In this document: piece by piece, positions 13,101 to 28,455 of the stretch
Position numbering within the stretch: position 1 is the first letter of the stretch
How the letters are laid out: every line of letters starts with the position of its first letter
DNA from: Eledone cirrhosa
Lineage: Eukaryota
Direction: 5' to 3'
Assembly: GCA_964016885.1 (NCBI GenBank)
Contig: OZ024743.1
Coordinates: forward strand, 31,496,001-31,560,000
Length of the DNA stretch: 64,000 bases
Made by a program: the position numbers and the translations under genes
The notes under the pieces: generated by a model
What the model saw: only the letters and a program-made list of their open reading frames with translations
Told to the model about the DNA's origin: nothing
Database searches by the model: none

Positions 13101-14432
13101 ATGTGTTCTATCAAGGTTGAGTACGCAGGTGAATAATTTGTGGTCTGAATAGGCAACCATGTGCATTTGTGGACAGCTTAATGTTTCCTTATCATTCTGT
13201 CTAATTAGAAATCTATCTAAATACGATATAGAAGACCCAGTGCAGTTGTTCCACTTCCACAGTGGTACACTTGGGAAGTCTAGTCGATATCGATCAGCCA
13301 GTTGGAATTGGCTGATGAGATTTTTGAGGCTATTACACGCCTCTCTATTATCACAAACACCTACATAGTCCCAACGTGCATCTAAGATGCCATTCCAGTC
13401 CCCCGCTAACACTATGGAGCGAGACGTTCCCAGGAATGGATTCATACGCTTGAAGGACTCTGGTCGCGATGTCCCAGTCGGAGCATATACGGCCACCAGT
13501 CTGAAAGCTCCACCTGCACTACCATTCACGTCCACAACGACCAAGCTGCGCTCCGGCGGGTCCAAATCAATCGTTTGTGCTTTGAGATCCAAGTTTTTCC
13601 GAAACAGAACAGCAACTCTTCTTCCACCTCCTGGTTGACAGAGAGATGCGTAGATCTCAAAGTCATCGAACATTGGGGTTAGCTGCTGCTTATCGTGAAT
13701 CCTGGACTAGATGGTGGCTATCACATCTATACAATGTGACCTGAGATCATTTAAAAGCTGGCCCTGTTTCCAGGCCATACCCAGGCCACATACATTCAAA
13801 CATCCAAATTGTATAGTCGCCATGTTGGTGAAGAAGAGTTAGGGAGAGAAAAGGCAGGAACACTTACCTTTTCGTTCCTGGAGGTCGGGTTGTTCAATCT
13901 CCATTTCCAGATTGGCCGTGTTTCGGCAGGTAGGGAATCCTTTTAGCATGACACGGTTAAGGAATTTTAGGCAAGGGAGGATCACATCATGTGGGAAGGT
14001 CCCATTCAATGTTTCATGTTGTAGGGTTGTGACCCAGGTTGTTACCCAGTTTGAGTTTGGGGGTGGCTCGTTGGTGGTGAAGGATTTCCCTTCCGTTTAG
14101 ATAGTAGGGTCCTTTCGGACAGTTTCTACTAGTTGTTTGTTTGTTTGTTTTTTATATATATGTGTAATGTGTTTTGTTTTTTATGTGTACTGTTTCTGTT
14201 TGTAGTTTTCTCTTTGTGGTTAGGGTTTGTGATTGTGATGGTGTGGGTGTTGGTATTTTGGTGAAGTGTTTGGTTGTGTTGATGGTGATTATGTTGTTGG
14301 TATGTTTATCGTCTGTGGCGGTGTGTTTATGGTAGGGTTGGGTGTGTTCGTGTTTTCTGTATATGTTTTTGTTCTTGTGTTTTTTGTTCTCTTTTTTTGT
14401 TTTTTGGATGTGTGGGGTTCCTCTTCATTCTC
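10180..14432 (-). mobile_element. Tx1/L1-clade LINE with degenerate ORF2 (APE endonuclease + RT + Zn knuckle) and ORF1 C-terminal remnant
   Basis: ORF2 starts MATIQFGCLNV at 13823. EN motifs VYAP, GDWN, YLDRF, SDH and PGYWKLN; RT motifs DQSKAFD and AYADD; ends at 10440. Several stops and frameshifts. K/T/N-rich ORF1-like sequence at 13870-14430. Confidence 0.9.
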
Positions 14433-14462
14433 GATAGATGAATAGATAGATAGACATGTTTC

Positions 14463-14494
<32 letters not shown>

Positions 14495-14496
14495 TA

Positions 14497-15400
14497 ATTA
14501 GTAAATTTGTATTCCAATGTTACTAAGTAGTTGCATTGGATGGAGTCGACCGACGTCGGAGATTACTCAACGTATAATAAAGTGTGTTTTAAAATCTGGA
14601 GAAAATATGGAAAAGTTTATGAAACGGAAATGCGGGTATAAAGAATTTATAAGGTAACAATTGTTTCTATAGTGTATGGGTTACCTATACCTCGCAATTT
14701 GAATAATATAAAAATATTATCATAAACCGAAGGTACACTGTAAGCAAACACACCATGTCGTCAGACCATTGTATTGGAATGATATGAAAATATTTTAAAC
14801 ATTAGATAAAAGAGAAAGAAGGAGGTAGGAAGAGAAGGGGAAGAGGGAAGTGAGTAAAGGGGAGGGAGTCCTACGATTTAAGACTGTCAGACTAGTAGAG
14901 ATTGTAAGGAGAGAATGTTTTGGCAGCAGTTAGCTTAATGAGGTGTGTTAGGGTTGGTGGGGGAAGTAAATTCTTCTAGTGGTGTTGTTTGGACAAAATT
15001 TAGTTAAAGGGGTCAAAGTGGTACAGAGTTACAGACAAGTTATTGGTGCTATTATAGTAGCAGATTATTTCTAAAGGGGTCCAGAAAACAGTGTTTAGTA
15101 CTATTATTATAGAAAGCCATATCCTGTGTATAAACATATAAAACAGAAATTTGCAAACGGTGGTGTAAAATTATTTGTAGAGCAAAATTTGCCAAATTAC
15201 TACTGTGACTGATAGTAGTGGCTAGGCTCTGTCTTAATAGCACCCCCACTCCAAGCTGGTTAACCTCAGTGTCACGTGATTGATTCTTTTGAATTTGCCA
15301 CTTGACCAAGAAGGCAGTGAATTTTCAGTGGCTTGGAATCTAGCCCCAATCGCTTTTTTCGCTTTTTTCCATCCACTGAATTATTGTTATATAAGTTTCC
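14497..15400 (-). repeat. PLE pseudo-LTR-like non-coding fragment
   Basis: Abuts (TA)n, carries an HHR, and shares a TACGTTGxGTAxTCTCC motif with the 4091-4107 family. Far boundary approximate. Confidence 0.5.
14653..14767 (-). ncRNA. Type I hammerhead ribozyme with long stem II insertion
   Basis: Minus strand GGT-CTGACGA-CATGGTGT...ACACTATA-GAAA-CAATTG-TT-ACC. Confidence 0.65.
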
Positions 15401-15439
15401 AGTGTCCCCGCATTGCCTGGTAGCTTAGCTGAGAATCGA

Positions 15440-15516
15440 CTCCGTGAAGACGTAAGGCTTCTCTACAGATGTTACATAACTGTATTTATCCCCTTACAGA
15501 AACTAATTAGTTGGAG
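15440..15516 (+). ncRNA. Hammerhead ribozyme, mutated copy (C3>G)
   Basis: CTCC-GTGAAGA-CGTAAGG...CCTTACA-GAAA-CTAATTAG-TT-GGAG. Homologous to 47397-47476. Confidence 0.55.
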
Positions 15517-15685
15517 TGAAATTTTAGTAAGTAAGTCAATTTTCATAACTTTCTTATTTACGTTTTTTCATATAATTGTTCTGCATTCCCCTGCATATAA
15601 CCACAAAGTTACTAAGACAAGACATATATATCTGCTGGCATAGGTATGCATCTGTATACATATGTCGGTAGATATATTAATTCTT

Positions 15686-16813
<1,128 letters not shown>

Positions 16814-17030
16814 CAGTATTTACGTGTCAAGAAAGAGAAAAAAGAGGAGGATAGGTGATACATATAGTTATTTGCCAAGTAGCGTATGCTAAAGGTGCTC
16901 GATACTAGTGCCGGCAGTATTAAATATTCGAAGTGTTAATATTTAGTGGGCTAGAGAGTTAGCAGAGCGTAAGCACGTGGGAAAGTAAAACATCGGAGAA
17001 TAGACCGTTAAAACATGCTTATTTAAAACA

Positions 17031-17070
17031 GCATCTACGTACGTTTCGCCCAGTTGGGCTTCTCAAAGGC
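17031..17070 (-). ncRNA. Hammerhead ribozyme, U3-A8 variant (PLE-A 3' pLTR)
   Basis: Minus strand TTGAGAA-GCCCAACTGGGC-GAAA-CGTACG-TA. Stem I is weak. Confidence 0.55.
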
Positions 17071-17368
17071 ATAAATAATCACAAGTGTTCCTTATATTGC
17101 TCGGAAAGTGTTTTGGGGGTTAAATCCACATCAAGGTTCATTGCTCACAAAAAATCTTGTTTTGATTTTGCAGCAGGTCAAGGGAGGTAACTCTGGCCGG
17201 TGTTAGGGCAGTCTTTCCCGGACATTTTTTTTTTTTGCCGCATCTGTTTGTCTGAGGCTGGGTCTGGTATGCAAGGATAGTTTCCTTGGTGTTATTCTGC
17301 AGCGCCTGCCCGCCGGGTTGTTAAGTCTTGTTGCAGGGAGATCCGGTGTAAGGTTTCACTCCTCATCC

Positions 17369-19223
17369 TTAACCCATCTGAAGAAGGATATTTTTAAGCG
17401 ATGTGTACAACATCGCTGTTTCAGCTCTGCTGTTGATGAGCTCGTGGGGTGCAGTTATGATGTGGTAGAGCTCCATGAGGCAAAGATCGCATTTCCTCTT
17501 GAAGTTGTACGGTGCAGCCCTGCCGACACTCTCCCAGTGCGTGGAGAAACTGATGTTTAAGTCCTTTAGTGATGTGATGTAGTCCGCGAGCGAAGTGGAG
17601 TGCCTTAGTTTTCTATTTGTGAAAGAGTGATGTGTTCGAAACCTAATTTTGAACGGGCCGGAGGTAGCACCTATATAAGGTTTAACGCTATTGTAGCTAG
17701 TAATAGTGCATCTATATATAACCCTATCAGTCAAGCAGTATCCTCTAAGGGGGCAGCGTCCTCTGTCGCGGCAGTTGCAATTTCTGTCGCGGTTCCGTCT
17801 ATTTCCCACGGTAAGGCTATCATTGTTGCTACCTACGTTGCTACCTACGCTACCGCAGCTGTCGTTAGCACCATTACAACCCACAGCACGCGGAGTGGTG
17901 CGGTTGTTATTCTGCACGTCATGTCCTGCATGTTGCCAAGTCCTTTCGCAGTTATGCTTGTTGCGTCTGCGGATGCCGTTGCCAACACTATTGGATGCTG
18001 CCAGGGAGTTGTTAAGGCCGATATAGTTATTGCCAGGTGTAGGTGCGTCTGTGTCGAGGTGCTGTGTCTTGGTGATCTTACTGTGGTTCATTGTTCCTAT
18101 GATGTCTGCTAGGTTAGGAGTAGTAGAGAAGGATATTTTTATATTGTTCCTATTAAGAATTTTTCTATACCTATGGTTGGGCGGGAAGTTCTTCTCTAAG
18201 GCTTCGAAGAACATCCGGGGTATGTTGGAGGCCACACTTCGAGAGTAGGGGGGTGGAACCATAGGACGTTGCGGTGGCGATTACGTGCCCTTGTACTTTT
18301 GCTACGGGTGGTTCCATCTAGGTGACCGCTCTTATGTGTGTTAATGCGCAGTCGCCCGTTCGGTGCCCCTTTCACGTTATGCTCGGGTGCACTCTTCCTA
18401 CCTCTTCCATATTTATGTACACGAAGATGTTGGTTGGAAGGCGTTGGTAGTAGGCCGTCGCCTTTGTTGGTTTTGTAATAGGGGAATAGTTCGAGTAATC
18501 TACAGTGTTCACCGTCGCCGGGGTCGTGATCTTTGGTGCGGTTATCTATTCTATTATATCCGACTTTAACGAGGTCGCCGCGTGATCGGTTATAGGTATG
18601 GCTTACTATAACGTTTGTTTTATGAGGGGGTGGTTTCTAAAGCTAGCGTTAGGGATGTAGGAAATTCCTCGGTTAAAGCCGGCGCTTATCAGGGCCCTAT
18701 TGTAGTAATCTGCCGCTTGGTTGAAGATATCCTCATTGGCGGATAGCCTCGAGATTCTATGTGAGATACTATAGACTATGGAGTTGAGAGTCTGCTTAGG
18801 GTGGTTGGAGGCATAATTAATATAAGAGAGGCACTCTCCAGGCTTATGGTATGGCTTGTATAAGCCCGTACTCAACTCCAGGGTCACGTCTAGGAAGTTG
18901 ACAACCCTGTGGTTGAGGTCCATAGTTACGGATAGGCCGTATGACTTGAAGAACCTGTGTATAAGTTTGTTAAGGTTCTCTATCCTACGAGGGCTATAGT
19001 TCCTAACGGTAAACAGGGCGTCGTCCCTATATACACCTCATTGTAGGGCCGGTATCTCTTCGCTAAGCTTATGTAGGAGGTATATTCCGACCAGGTCAGT
19101 TGCTTGCGCTGAGTCACTGGACCCCATCCTGACATCGAAGTTATCAGGACGGTTGGTTCTGGTCCAGTGGGAGCCTTCGAACTGGATAATGGTTCTACAC
19201 GCCGCTAGAATTATGTCTAACAC
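17369..19223 (-). pseudogene. PLE-A RT/GIY-YIG polyprotein, disrupted
   Basis: ORFs 19038-19223 and 18606-18923 are in frame across one TGA. Frameshifts in the linker, then ORF 17369-18262. Confidence 0.88.
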
Positions 19224-19353
19224 CGGCCAGAGTTACCTCCCTTGACCTGATGCAAAAGCAAAAGAAGATATGTTTGCGAGCAATGAACCTTGATGTGGAT
19301 TTAATCCCAAAAACTCTTTCCGAGCAATATAAGGAACACTTGTGATTATTTAT

Positions 19354-19393
19354 GCCCTTGAAAAGCCCAACTGGGCGAAACGTACGTAGGTGC
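19354..19393 (+). ncRNA. Hammerhead ribozyme, U3-A8 variant (PLE-A inverted pLTR)
   Basis: GCCC-TTGAAAA-GCCCAACTGGGC-GAAA-CGTACG-TA-GGTGC. Confidence 0.65.
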
Positions 19394-19448
19394 TGTTTTA
19401 AATAAGCATGTTTTAACGGTCTATTCTCCGATATTTTTACTTTCCCAC

Positions 19449-19524
<76 letters not shown>

Positions 19525-22500
19525 GTCCTGGGTATGACATTAAACTACATCCAGTGGCAAGGCTCCAGTTCGGGAGTTCAGGAGATGTGGGGAATGTGGA
19601 GTTACCCCTTAGTTGTCATGACTCCCAGGTCTGCCCTGGCCCGGGGTGGTAGTACCTGTTAGGGCTCCAGTTATGGGTTAAATAACTACCTTACTCGAGT
19701 GGCGCCGGTAAGGTATTGTCAGCCATTGAAAAGAAATATGGAGAGTCGATCTAACAGCACTAGGGTTAGAGCCCCTAATTACACATGCAAGGAGCAGCCT
19801 GGTCGTTATGACTCTGCTGGCTTAGAGCCACAGAGAGGGCCAGTGGATGATGGATCAGCTGTCTCTGAGACAAATATAAAGGATGCAGTTTTGTCCTGCA
19901 GAAGAGCCATCAAAATGGGCACTTTGAATGTGAGGACTATTCGAACGCTGGAGAAGAGAGAGGAGTTGGGACATCTGTTCGAGGAGAGTGGTATACAGAT
20001 ACTTGCGATCCAAGAACACAGGATTCTACACGATGAGCCCGTGAGGAGTGTGATGATCGAGAGGAAGAGCCAGCTCATCACTACATCGGCAGTGAAGAAC
20101 ACAACAAACGCTGCAGTAGGAGGAGTGGGTTTTGTGTTCAGTGCAAAAACCAATCTGTTGGTGAGGGAAATAATGCCTATCTCCCCGCGAGTGTTGAGGG
20201 TGACCTTCAATGGAAACCCAAGACTGACAGTCATCTCAGCCTATAGTCCAACCGAGGGGGACAGTGATGTGAATGCCGAGGAGTTCCATGAGGAGGTGTG
20301 TAGAGCTGTCAACACCACTCAGGCACACAATACCCTGCTTGTTTTGGGGGACTTCAATGCACATCTGAGTAAGGAGGGCAGTGAAGATCCTTGCTGGTAC
20401 TTCCATAACAACACCAACCGAAATGGAAGACTACTGAGAGACACCCTGCTGGAGGCGAACTTGATGGCGACCAACCTAGGGTTTAGGAAGAATCTGGGGA
20501 AGATGTGGACCTACATCTCAGATATGCACCTGTCCAAGTCCCAGATTGATTTCATTCTGGTGAGGAAAAAGTGGCGGAATAGTGTTCTGAACACGGAACC
20601 ATACAGCTATTTCAGTACACTGGGTAGTGACCACCGGCTTGTTATGAGTGAGGTCCGCGTGAGCTTAAGAAAGAGCAAGGCTCAGCCCCGGAGAACAATC
20701 TATGACTGGGGAGCTTTCAGGAAAGATGATAAGCTACAGGAGAGGTTCACAGTGGAGGTGAGAAACAGGTTTAGTGCTCTGTGTGGAGAGTCAGAGGAGA
20801 GAGAGATTGGATGGACTGAGGAGAGTGTGACGAGGAGGTACGGGCACTGCACCAATGCAGTGGCGAAAGCAAGTGAAACCCTGGTGCCGAGGAAAAAGAA
20901 CAAAGGGAAGCACGTCAGCTCTGCAAACCCAAAAGTGTGTGCAGCCAGAGAACACCTGAAAGCTGCCAGGGACCAATTCTATGCTGATCCTACGGAGGAG
21001 AGGATGGAGACTGTGGAGGTGATGAGGGAAGAGCTCTGTACCGCTTACACTGAGGTCAGAGAGGAGGCACTGATAGAGAAGATCAGAAGTGTGGAGAGAG
21101 CGGTTGACAGATCTGGATGTAAGGAGAGCTGGATGATCATCAACGAGATCACAGGGAGGAAGAAAAGGTGTTCGAGTCAGATCCAGGGAACGGGGCCCGA
21201 GGATAGGAAGAGGAAATGGCTAGACCATTTTAGGACCCTACTAGGAGAGCCACCCTCCACAGCCCAGAGCACTGGGGAGATCAGGCGGCTGTTTGAGGAA
21301 CTGGATGTTGAGACAGAGCCCTTCACCAGAGAGGAGCTTCAGAGAGCCAAGAAGAAGATCAAGGAGGGCAAGGCTCATGGAGAGGATGGAGTGGCATCAG
21401 AGGTGATGAAGCGGTGTGATTTTGATGATATCATCCTGGGGTTCTGTAACGGGGCACTGGAGAAAGGAGTTGCCCCGAATCAGTGGAGGATCAGTAACAT
21501 CGTCCCAGTGCCAAAGAAGGGAGATCTCTCAAACACCAACAACTACCGGGGGATCTCACTGACGTCACTTGTGGCAAAGACCCTCAACAGGATGATTCTT
21601 AACAGGATCCAGCCTGAGATGGAGAAGAAGCTCAGGGACAACCAGAACGGCTTCAGAGAAGGAAGATCAACCACCAGTCACATCCTGATGCTGAGGAGGA
21701 TATTAGAGGGAGCTAGAGCAAAGTGCCTTCCTGCGGTCATGGTTTTCATTGACTTTAGGAAGGCCTTTGATTCTGTGGACCGTTACTGCCTGATGAAGAT
21801 CTTACAGGCTTATGGAATCCCCAAGAGGATAGTGGACCTGATATCACTGCTCTACACCAACACCAAAGCCCAAGTCATTACACCTGATGGGATGACAGAG
21901 TTCTTTGAGATACTGGCTGGAGTGCTCCAGGGAGATACATTGCCTCCCTACCTTTTTATCATCGTAGTGGACTATTGTATGCGCCTTGCACTGGAGAAAC
22001 ACCAGGACTCTGGCTTTACTGTGGCACCGGCTCAGAGCAGGAGAGTTGGGGCGAAAAAGGTATCGGATGCTGAGTTTGCCGACGACATAGTTTTGGTGAC
22101 AAATACAGTGAAGGAGGCAGGGGATTTGGTGCGGGAGGTTGAGACTGTGTCGATGAGTGTGGGGCTGAGAATGAATGAGACTAAAACAAAATATCTGGTA
22201 GAGAATGTTGAGAAGCCAGAGGGGATCACTAATGTAGGCGGGAAGCCGCTGGAATTGGTTGAGGACTTCCTGTATTTGGGAGCAAAGATTGGGAATACGG
22301 AAGATGATGTGGTTGAGAGGAAGAGGAAAGCCTGGGCGGCGTGTCACAGCTTGAGATCGGTGTGGAAGTCAGACCTTCTTAGAGACCTGAAAATCCGCCT
22401 CTTCATTGCTGTAGTGGAGTCTGTGCTGCTGTATGGGTCTGAGACTTGGACACTGACCAAGAGACTCACTCAGATGGTGGATGGGTGCTACACGAGAATG

Positions 22501-22843
22501 CTGAGGATGGCTCTGAACATTAATCAGTATACACTGAGGATGAAAAACTCAGAGCTGTATGGGAGCATCCCAAAAGTCAGCTCAAAAGTGACACAGAGAA
22601 GACTGAGGTTGGCTGGACATGCTCACCGACATCCAGAGTTGACATTGCACTCAGTGCTCCTTTGGGAGCCCCTACATGGACACACTAGAAGAGGAAGACC
22701 AAGGTTAACATATGTTGATGCCCTAAGGACAGACACTGGTCTGTTGGAGATGCAGGATATGGCAGCGATAATGAGGGACATAGACTGCTGGAGAGAACTC
22801 GTCGATGGATCTCGCGAATTTTACCCGCCTTAGATAGATAGAT
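19525..22843 (+). mobile_element. RTE-clade LINE, near full length
   Basis: GC-richer 5' UTR from 19525, a single long ORF and a (TAGA)n tail. Flanked by (TA)n on both sides. Confidence 0.92.
19699..22833 (+). CDS. RTE LINE polyprotein (APE endonuclease + reverse transcriptase), uninterrupted
   Basis: EN motifs [23 protein letters not shown] and SDH. RT motifs [29 protein letters not shown] and FADD. RTE C-terminal motifs YGSETW, LRLAGH and GRPR. The true start may be the ATG at 19738 or 19915. Confidence 0.92.
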   Translation: MAPVRYCQPLKRNMESRSNSTRVRAPNYTCKEQPGRYDSAGLEPQRGPVDDGSAVSETNIKDAVLSCRRAIKMGTLNVRTIRTLEKREELGHLFEESGIQILAIQEHRILHDEPVRSVMIERKSQLITTSAVKNTTNAAVGGVGFVFSAKTNLLVREIMPISPRVLRVTFNGNPRLTVISAYSPTEGDSDVNAEEFHEEVCRAVNTTQAHNTLLVLGDFNAHLSKEGSEDPCWYFHNNTNRNGRLLRDTLLEANLMATNLGFRKNLGKMWTYISDMHLSKSQIDFILVRKKWRNSVLNTEPYSYFSTLGSDHRLVMSEVRVSLRKSKAQPRRTIYDWGAFRKDDKLQERFTVEVRNRFSALCGESEEREIGWTEESVTRRYGHCTNAVAKASETLVPRKKNKGKHVSSANPKVCAAREHLKAARDQFYADPTEERMETVEVMREELCTAYTEVREEALIEKIRSVERAVDRSGCKESWMIINEITGRKKRCSSQIQGTGPEDRKRKWLDHFRTLLGEPPSTAQSTGEIRRLFEELDVETEPFTREELQRAKKKIKEGKAHGEDGVASEVMKRCDFDDIILGFCNGALEKGVAPNQWRISNIVPVPKKGDLSNTNNYRGISLTSLVAKTLNRMILNRIQPEMEKKLRDNQNGFREGRSTTSHILMLRRILEGARAKCLPAVMVFIDFRKAFDSVDRYCLMKILQAYGIPKRIVDLISLLYTNTKAQVITPDGMTEFFEILAGVLQGDTLPPYLFIIVVDYCMRLALEKHQDSGFTVAPAQSRRVGAKKVSDAEFADDIVLVTNTVKEAGDLVREVETVSMSVGLRMNETKTKYLVENVEKPEGITNVGGKPLELVEDFLYLGAKIGNTEDDVVERKRKAWAACHSLRSVWKSDLLRDLKIRLFIAVVESVLLYGSETWTLTKRLTQMVDGCYTRMLRMALNINQYTLRMKNSELYGSIPKVSSKVTQRRLRLAGHAHRHPELTLHSVLLWEPLHGHTRRGRPRLTYVDALRTDTGLLEMQDMAAIMRDIDCWRELVDGSREFYPP

Positions 22844-23850
<1,007 letters not shown>

Positions 23851-23895
23851 AATATATGAAATATAAGAATCAAAGAACTGTTCAAAACATTATTG

Positions 23896-23942
23896 TGCTT
23901 ACAGCTGTTTCCTCCAAACCGAGGTTTGGATTCTTCGGAGCA
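23896..23942 (-). ncRNA. Hammerhead ribozyme (PLE-B inverted arm)
   Basis: Reverse complement of 27521-27567. Confidence 0.65.
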
Positions 23943-24802
23943 ATTTATTAATGCATGGACAGTTATATGACCTCCTTTTCAGCCGAGAGACATACCAATA
24001 CATATTCAAACATTGATACATATTCAAACATTGTGGGTCAACATTCATTACAGAATTTAGAGTGGCAATACACACTTCGAGATTACATTTATATTAATAG
24101 GTACAATCAAAAATCAAAGATATAGGTTAAAGTACAACATGAAGATAAGTGGTTATATAGTGCAAATGTTATATGTGTGGCACGCATGTGCGTCTTGTTT
24201 ATATAGTGTGGCAGAGAGATATGTGTGGTAGAGGCCCTTAGGTAGGTAAATAAGAGTGTTAGGTTGGTAGATCTGGTGGCAAAGTCTTTATATGATTGAT
24301 ATAGTCTGTGTGTGGAGAAATATTATAAGCATTAAAGATAGTGCAAGCATTAAAAGTGTTATAAGTATTGGAGATGCACAGCGCAGGGATGTCAAGTAAT
24401 TCATGTACTTCGGCATTTTCATGGTCAAGGGAGTGTATATTTCGATTATATTCCTTTCACATAATCCACGACAATCCAGTTAGAGATCGTAGTCTGGTGT
24501 TCTTTAGTTCGATACAGGAGGTTGTTACGTTTCGAGAAACGCCATTGAATACCGGAAGTGTGTGTGTGGCTAAGGGGAGTTAATGCATGCGGGGAGGTAA
24601 CTCTGGGGTTTCTATATCTAGCCATTAAAATGTGTCCCAATATAGACCCTAAATTCTATGGTGAGGTGCACCTTCCAAGAGAGACTTTTAAAGCATAAAG
24701 TGTACTAACTATAGAGTAGTTTAACTAAATTATGCTGAAGGTGATCATATTATTATTAAGGTGGATTAACCCATCTTAAGGTGCTACAAATGGAAATTAT
24801 AG

Positions 24803-26077
24803 ATGATGAGCGAGGATTCTAAAATAATGATCTCTGCGGTTGTAGTCTGCTCATATGACCAGCCTAATGAGAAACTTATTTACGTAGATACCAAGTCTAA
24901 TCACCCTAGATCAATATTAAACTCTATCTCTAAGGGGGTGTCCAATAGAATCTCTAGTCTGTCCTATGACGCAAACATATTTAGCAAAAACTCACAATAT
25001 TACAATCAAGCATTAGCTAGCTCCGGCCATAATATAGAAATTGAGTTCCTACCTAAGAAAACACATAGCTACAACATCATCTCGCACAACATGTCCATGA
25101 GGAAATCTAATAATAGGAATAGCAACCACAAGTACACCAAAGCGGAGGGTGCCACCGGAAGTAACCATTACCATGGAAACTACTGTGAGGCCTTAGGAGG
25201 AAGCAACACACCAAACACTAAAAGCAAAAATAGAAGAAGAAATAATACATTTTTCAACCCTCCTTTCAACCTAAATGTCTCCACCAACATACCTAGGGCT
25301 TTCTTCTCACTACTAGATAAAAACTTCCCTCTAGGACACAAGTACCACAACCTCTTAAACAAAAACACCATTAAAATCTCATACTCTACGACGCCTAACT
25401 TAGCATACCACATAGCTAGCAGCAATAATAGTAAAATTAGTTCTTACTTCCAACAAACAAAATCACAACGGGATGCACACCCTCTAAATACCACTGTAGC
25501 AAGCAACAATAGCAACGGCAGTAACAATAGAAATAACACTAGTATATGTAATAACACCAGGGTTGTCAACCCGAACACCCAAAATCCTATATCCACCACA
25601 CAGACTTCCGCATTGCATTATAACCAGCGGACTAACGCACAGAATAATTGTAACTGTAGAGCTAATAGAACCTGCCCTTTAGATAAAAAATGCCTAACCA
25701 AGGATGTCATATACTCATGCACAGTCACGACTAATAACTCTTCAGAAACCTATGTAGGCTCCACTTCTAACTGCTTCAAAATCAGATATAACTCGCACAT
25801 CCACTCGTTCAAAAAGCACAGCCTAGCCAACTCCACCTCACTTTCTAGCTACATACACTATCTAAAATCTAAAAATAAACCATACACACTCAAATGGGAA
25901 GTGATAGGCAGCGCGACCTCGTACAAACCACCTAATAAATTCTGTAACCTCTGTATACTAGAGACACACAATATTATCTTCTCCAACCGTAACCTACTTA
26001 ACAAAAAATCTGAGGTGTTTGCAACTTGCCAGCACCGCCTCAGACATTCCTTCCAAAACTTTAAGCCCTATATATAG
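24803..26077 (+). pseudogene. PLE-B C-terminal half (RT thumb, N-rich linker, Cys motif, GIY-YIG endonuclease), open but 5'-truncated
   Basis: Motifs SNHP, FFNPPF, KISYSTTPN, NCNC..CPLDKKCL, VIYSC..YVG..FKIR, CNLC..E and LLNKKSE..CQH. The first ~18 codons come from the inverted arm. Confidence 0.88.
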
Positions 26078-27520
26078 CAATGTCGGACTGGAACCTAACA
26101 CCACATCTAGCATCAAACACCAGAGACACACCCTATACTACATACCCAACACTAGCTGATCCATTATAACACAAACAACGACATCCCTCTGGAACCCTTC
26201 GCAGGGAAAATACCCATTTATACCTCTACGGCAGGTGTGACAACATCCACCCACTTGGACGGCACTACACCGCTCTAAGGGTAATTTGAGCATAAATTGA
26301 TCGGTTGGATGGTGTTGGGCAGAGGAAACACCTTCCTTAGACAGATGTAAAATGATTTAATCGAGTAGCGCTGTTGACCAGTAGGACCGGGCTGCTGAGC
26401 GCAGTGAGTGAATGCAATGCAACTGCCGTGCGGGTTGTACGTATATGGATGATCTGACGGTCAGAGAGGGGTCGCGAGGACTGCGGATTGACCTTTGGCC
26501 TGCCTGGGGACGATTATCTTTCGACATCCAATGTAGCAAGCGATGACCCAGATCTTACCAGAGATCATTGGGTCCTGAAGCAATCCTGCAATCACCGCGC
26601 CTGGTAATATGAGCAGACTACAACCACAGAGATCATTATTTTAGAATCCTCGCTCATCATCTATAATTTCCATTTGTAGCACCTTAAGATGGGTTAATCC
26701 ACCTTAATAATAATATGATCACCTTCAGCATAATTTAGTTAAACTACTCTATAGTTAGTACACTTTATGCTTTAAAAGTCTCTCTTGGAAGGTGCACCTC
26801 ACCATAGAATTTAGGGTCTATATTGGGACACATTTTAATGGCTAGATATAGAAACCCCAGAGTTACCTCCCCGCATGCATTAACTCCCCTTAGCCACACA
26901 CACACTTCCGGTATTCAATGGCGTTTCTCGAAACGTAACAACCTCCTGTATCGAACTAAAGAACACCAGACTACGATCTCTAACTGGATTGTCGTGGATT
27001 ATGTGAAAGGCATATAATCGAAATATACACTCCCTTGACCATGAAAATGCCGAAGTACATGAATTACTTGACATCCCTGCGCTGTGCATCTCCAATACTT
27101 ATAACACTTTTAATGCTTGCACTATCTTTAATGCTTATAATATTTCTCCACACACAGACTATATCAATCATATAAAGACTTTGCCACCAGATCTACCAAC
27201 CTAACACTCTTATTTACCTACCTAAGGGCCTCTACCACACATATCTCTCTGCCACACTATATAAACAAGACGCACATGCGTGCCACACATATAACATTTG
27301 CACTATATAACCACTTATCTTCATGTTGTACTTTAACCTATATCTTTGATTTTTGATTGTACCTATTAATATAAATGTAATCTCGAAGTGTGTACTGCCA
27401 CTCTAAATTCTGTAATGAATGTTGACCCACAATGTTTGAATATGTATCAATGTTTGAATATGTATTGGTATGTCTCTCGGCTGAAAAGGAGGTCATATAA
27501 CTGTCCATGCATTAATAAAT

Positions 27521-27567
27521 TGCTCCGAAGAATCCAAACCTCGGTTTGGAGGAAACAGCTGTAAGCA
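27521..27567 (+). ncRNA. Type I hammerhead ribozyme, U4>C core (PLE-B 3' pLTR)
   Basis: TGCT-CCGAAGA-ATCCAAACCTCGGTTTGGAG-GAAA-CAGCTG-TA-AGCA. Confidence 0.7.
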
Positions 27568-27771
27568 CAATAATGTTTTGAACAGTTCTTTGATTCTTAT
27601 ATTTCATATAACTGCTCTGTAAATCATCTGATGTTTTTACATTGAGCTACTTAACTTACTGGTAATAAGGTAGTAATACATTACTGCCTACCACTATTTA
27701 GGGTGTGTGTAAAATACTTACAACTGCTTAAGGTTTTGTGTTTACATAACCATAAATAGTATAACTAATAC

Positions 27772-28161
<390 letters not shown>

Positions 28162-28455
28162 TAAACGGAATAAAAAATGCTGACAAATTGTTCACAGTTG
28201 ACAAATGGTTTAATTAGGAATACAAGAGTATTAGTAATTGTATGGGTTAGTATTCAGTTGTGGTTTTAAGTTTTTAAGTTTTTACCAAAGTTTAAGCAAA
28301 GAATCCTTGCTTAAACTTTAATCTGTTATTTTAATAAAAATTTGCTCTACGGTTCTTATATATTTGATATATATTTATCCTTATCGAGCCCTCTTTGGAT
28401 TTTAGCCTTCAAATTTATTATTATTACTATATATATATATATAGGAACGAGTAGG

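Larger units (their letters stand above)
16814..19450 (-). mobile_element. Penelope-like element PLE-A (Naiad-type), 5'-truncated with inverted pseudo-LTR
   Basis: RT motifs FDVRMGSSDSA, GVYRDD, VNFLDVTL and SNHP; linker NCNC..CPLRGYCL; GIY-YIG VIYRC..YIG..FKIR..CDLC. 19217-19450 is the reverse complement of 16975-17206. Confidence 0.92.
23852..27768 (+). mobile_element. Penelope-like element PLE-B (Naiad-type), 5'-truncated, ~1-kb inverted pseudo-LTR
   Basis: 23852-24856 is an almost exact reverse complement of 26607-27610. Coding remnant 24860-26077. Confidence 0.92.

Noticed and set aside
17627-18112. Antisense ORFs over PLE, RTE, Tx1 and CR1 coding regions
   Set aside because: Shadow frames of the TE ORFs with no independent support.
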